A DNA stretch of 37,540 nucleotides, taken from Anaerolineae bacterium. GTDB lineage: Bacteria > Chloroflexota > Anaerolineae > B4-G1 > DUEL01. The stretch's first letter is position 1. Every line of letters starts with the position of its first letter. This document shows positions 35,515 to 37,540 of the stretch, in pieces. A program made the position numbers and the translations under genes. The stretch lies in the NCBI GenBank assembly GCA_041082215.1, contig JBDOIF010000070.1, positions 1-37,540 on the forward strand. Direction: 5' to 3'. Below the pieces are notes generated by a model that was not told the DNA's origin, made no database searches, and saw only the letters and a program-made list of their open reading frames with translations.

Positions 35515-37540
35515 GTGGACAACCAATTGAAATCCTATCTTCAATCTATTGCTGAGCTGACCCAGCACGGCGACGCCACCGAGGAGAGTTACTACCCGGC
35601 GCTGAAAGAGTTGCTCGAAGCGCTGGCTCAGGCGGAAGGCCGCGCCGTTCAGGTCACCGTCCTGCCCAAGCCCACCGAGGCCGGCAATCCAGACTTTCGC
35701 ATCTGGGATGGCTCCTATCAGGTCATCGGCTACATTGAGGCCAAGGCGCCCGGCACCAACCTGGACCAGGCCGAGACCTCAGACCAGCTCCAGCGCTATC
35801 TGCACACGTTCCCCAACCTCATCCTGACCGATTTCTACGAGTTCCGCCTGTACCGGGACAGAGTCCGGCTGGAAAGCGTCCGGCTTGCCCGCCCCGCCAT
35901 CGCCCAGTATACCAAACCCAAACTACAACCCGAGCAGGCAGAAGCCCTTGAGCGCCTTCTGACGACCTTCTTCTCCTTCGCCCTGCCCCCCAGCCTGACG
36001 CCCGAGGCCCTCTCTGTGGAACTGGCCCGGCGGACGCGCTTCCTGCGGGATGAGGTCATCCGCCCCGAACTGGCCCAGGGCCAGGGCCCCCTCTACGGCT
36101 TCTATCAGGCCTTCCAGAAGTACCTCATTGCGGGCCTGACGGAGGAGCAGTTCGCCGACCTCTACGCCCAGACCATCACCTACGGCCTCTTCGCCGCCCG
36201 CACCCGCGTATCCCCCTCCTCTCCCCCCGCCAGCGAAGGGAGGGTGTTCAACCGCCAACTGGCCTACTCCCTCATCCCCTCCACCATCGGCATCCTGCGG
36301 GACGTCTTCCAGTTCATCTCCCTGGGCAAGCCCTCCCCGCAGATGGAAGTCATCATAGACGACATTGCCGCTGTGCTGAACGGTGCCGATGTGCAGGCCA
36401 TTCTGGAGCAGTACTACAAGCAGGGCAGAGGCGATGACCCTGTCCTGCACTTCTACGAGACCTTCCTGGCCGAATATGACCCCGAAACCCGTGAGCGGCG
36501 CGGCGTCTATTACACACCCCAGCCGGTGGTCCGCTACATCGTCCGCGCTGTCCACCACCTGCTCCAGACTCGCTTTGGCCTGCCCGACGGCCTGGCGGAC
36601 GAACAGGTGACCCTGCTGGACCCCGCCGCCGGGACGCTCACCTTCGTCGCTGAGGCAGTCCAACTGGCCTTTGGGGAATTCATCGGCAAATACGGCGAAG
36701 GCGCAAAGGACGCCTTTCTGCGCCGCCACATTCTCCCCCACTTCTACGCCTTTGAGCTGCTCATGGCCCCTTACGCCATCGGTCATATGAAAATTGGCTT
36801 CCTGCTGGAGACGCTGAGCGTCCCCCTCCGGAACGGCGAACGGTTCCAGTTCTACCTGACCAATACACTGGAGATGGAAGACCTGCAGCAGATCGCTATC
36901 CCCGGCCTGGCCTCCCTCTCCGAGGAGAGCCACCAGGCCGCGCGGGTCAAAAAGGACGAGCCGATTCTGGTCATCCTGGGCAACCCACCCTACTCCGGCA
37001 TCTCCGCCAACCAGAACGCCTGGACGGAGCAGTTGCTCAAGACCGACATAGACGGTGTGCAGAGTTACTATACGGTGGACGGAAAACCGCTGGGCGAAAA
37101 GAACCCCAAATGGCTCCAGGACGACTACGTCAAATTCCTGCGCTTCGCCCAGTGGAAGATTCACCGGGCCGGGCGCGGCATCGTCGCTATGATCACCAAC
37201 CACAGTTACCTGGATAACCCCACATTTCGGGGCATGCGCCAGAGTTTGCTGCGGACCTTTGACGAAATCTACATCCTGGACCTGCATGGCAACAGCCTGA
37301 AGCGGGAGACCGCCCCTGACGGCAGCCCGGACGAGAACATCTTTGACATCCGCCAGGGTGTGGCGATCGCGTTATTTGCCAAATACGGCAAACAGCCTCC
37401 AGACCATCCCTATACTTACCGCTGGCAAACGCCAGCGGATATGTGGCGGCATCTCGGTCCCCAGGCCCGTGAAATGCGCAAGAATCCCACACCTGCCGAA
37501 GAGGCCCTCTGGCAGCACCTGCGCCAGGAGCAACTGGGCG
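35515..37540 (+). CDS. Type IIG/ISP-like restriction-modification fusion (PD-(D/E)XK nuclease plus N6-adenine MTase), 3'-truncated, with in-frame DUF559-like segment
   Basis: Absent from the ORF track because it has no stop in the window. Frame +1 gives NPDF..YIEAK, GVYYTP, LDPAAGT, GNPPY, LDLHGN and FDIRQGV, then AREMRKNPTPAEEALWQHLR. Start (GTG 35515 or TTG 35527) is uncertain. Confidence 0.9.
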   Translation, partial: MDNQLKSYLQSIAELTQHGDATEESYYPALKELLEALAQAEGRAVQVTVLPKPTEAGNPDFRIWDGSYQVIGYIEAKAPGTNLDQAETSDQLQRYLHTFPNLILTDFYEFRLYRDRVRLESVRLARPAIAQYTKPKLQPEQAEALERLLTTFFSFALPPSLTPEALSVELARRTRFLRDEVIRPELAQGQGPLYGFYQAFQKYLIAGLTEEQFADLYAQTITYGLFAARTRVSPSSPPASEGRVFNRQLAYSLIPSTIGILRDVFQFISLGKPSPQMEVIIDDIAAVLNGADVQAILEQYYKQGRGDDPVLHFYETFLAEYDPETRERRGVYYTPQPVVRYIVRAVHHLLQTRFGLPDGLADEQVTLLDPAAGTLTFVAEAVQLAFGEFIGKYGEGAKDAFLRRHILPHFYAFELLMAPYAIGHMKIGFLLETLSVPLRNGERFQFYLTNTLEMEDLQQIAIPGLASLSEESHQAARVKKDEPILVILGNPPYSGISANQNAWTEQLLKTDIDGVQSYYTVDGKPLGEKNPKWLQDDYVKFLRFAQWKIHRAGRGIVAMITNHSYLDNPTFRGMRQSLLRTFDEIYILDLHGNSLKRETAPDGSPDENIFDIRQGVAIALFAKYGKQPPDHPYTYRWQTPADMWRHLGPQAREMRKNPTPAEEALWQHLRQEQLG

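Noticed and set aside
35923..37287. 454-aa minus-strand ORF
   Set aside because: Antisense shadow of the plus-strand R-M gene, which has clear motifs.

Overview
High-GC bacterial chromosome segment. It is probably Chloroflexota/Anaerolineae-like, inferred from the C-terminal YLPIVMK tail of the large secreted protein and the Pro/Thr/Glu/Ala lipoprotein linkers. In order it holds: the 3' part of a xanthine-dehydrogenase-family Mo subunit; a four-helix-bundle gene bracketed by 8-mer arrays; two uncharacterised genes; an 8-gene minus-strand amino-sugar operon (ROK repressor with clear promoter and operator, ROK-like kinase, PIG-L deacetylase, ABC transporter, GH3, SIS deaminase); a 1076-aa surface protein behind a terminator-containing leader; an AttH-like gene, dedA and rarA; a ~14-kb plus-strand redox/sulfur block (two 2-oxoacid:ferredoxin oxidoreductases, an IscS homologue lacking the PLP lysine, IscU-DUF59, TusA, DsrE, Grx, FTR, ferritin-like proteins, cytochrome c, peroxiredoxin); and a Type IIG/ISP-like restriction-modification gene that runs off the end and carries an in-frame DUF559-like segment. 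The most notable non-gene signal is a set of small repeat elements: 7-, 8- and 9-nt tandem arrays, GTAG palindromes, and a ~190-bp MITE-like element with a 9-bp flanking direct repeat. They sit at gene boundaries and, in places, inside reading frames. All calls come from reading motifs by eye; no database searches were run.
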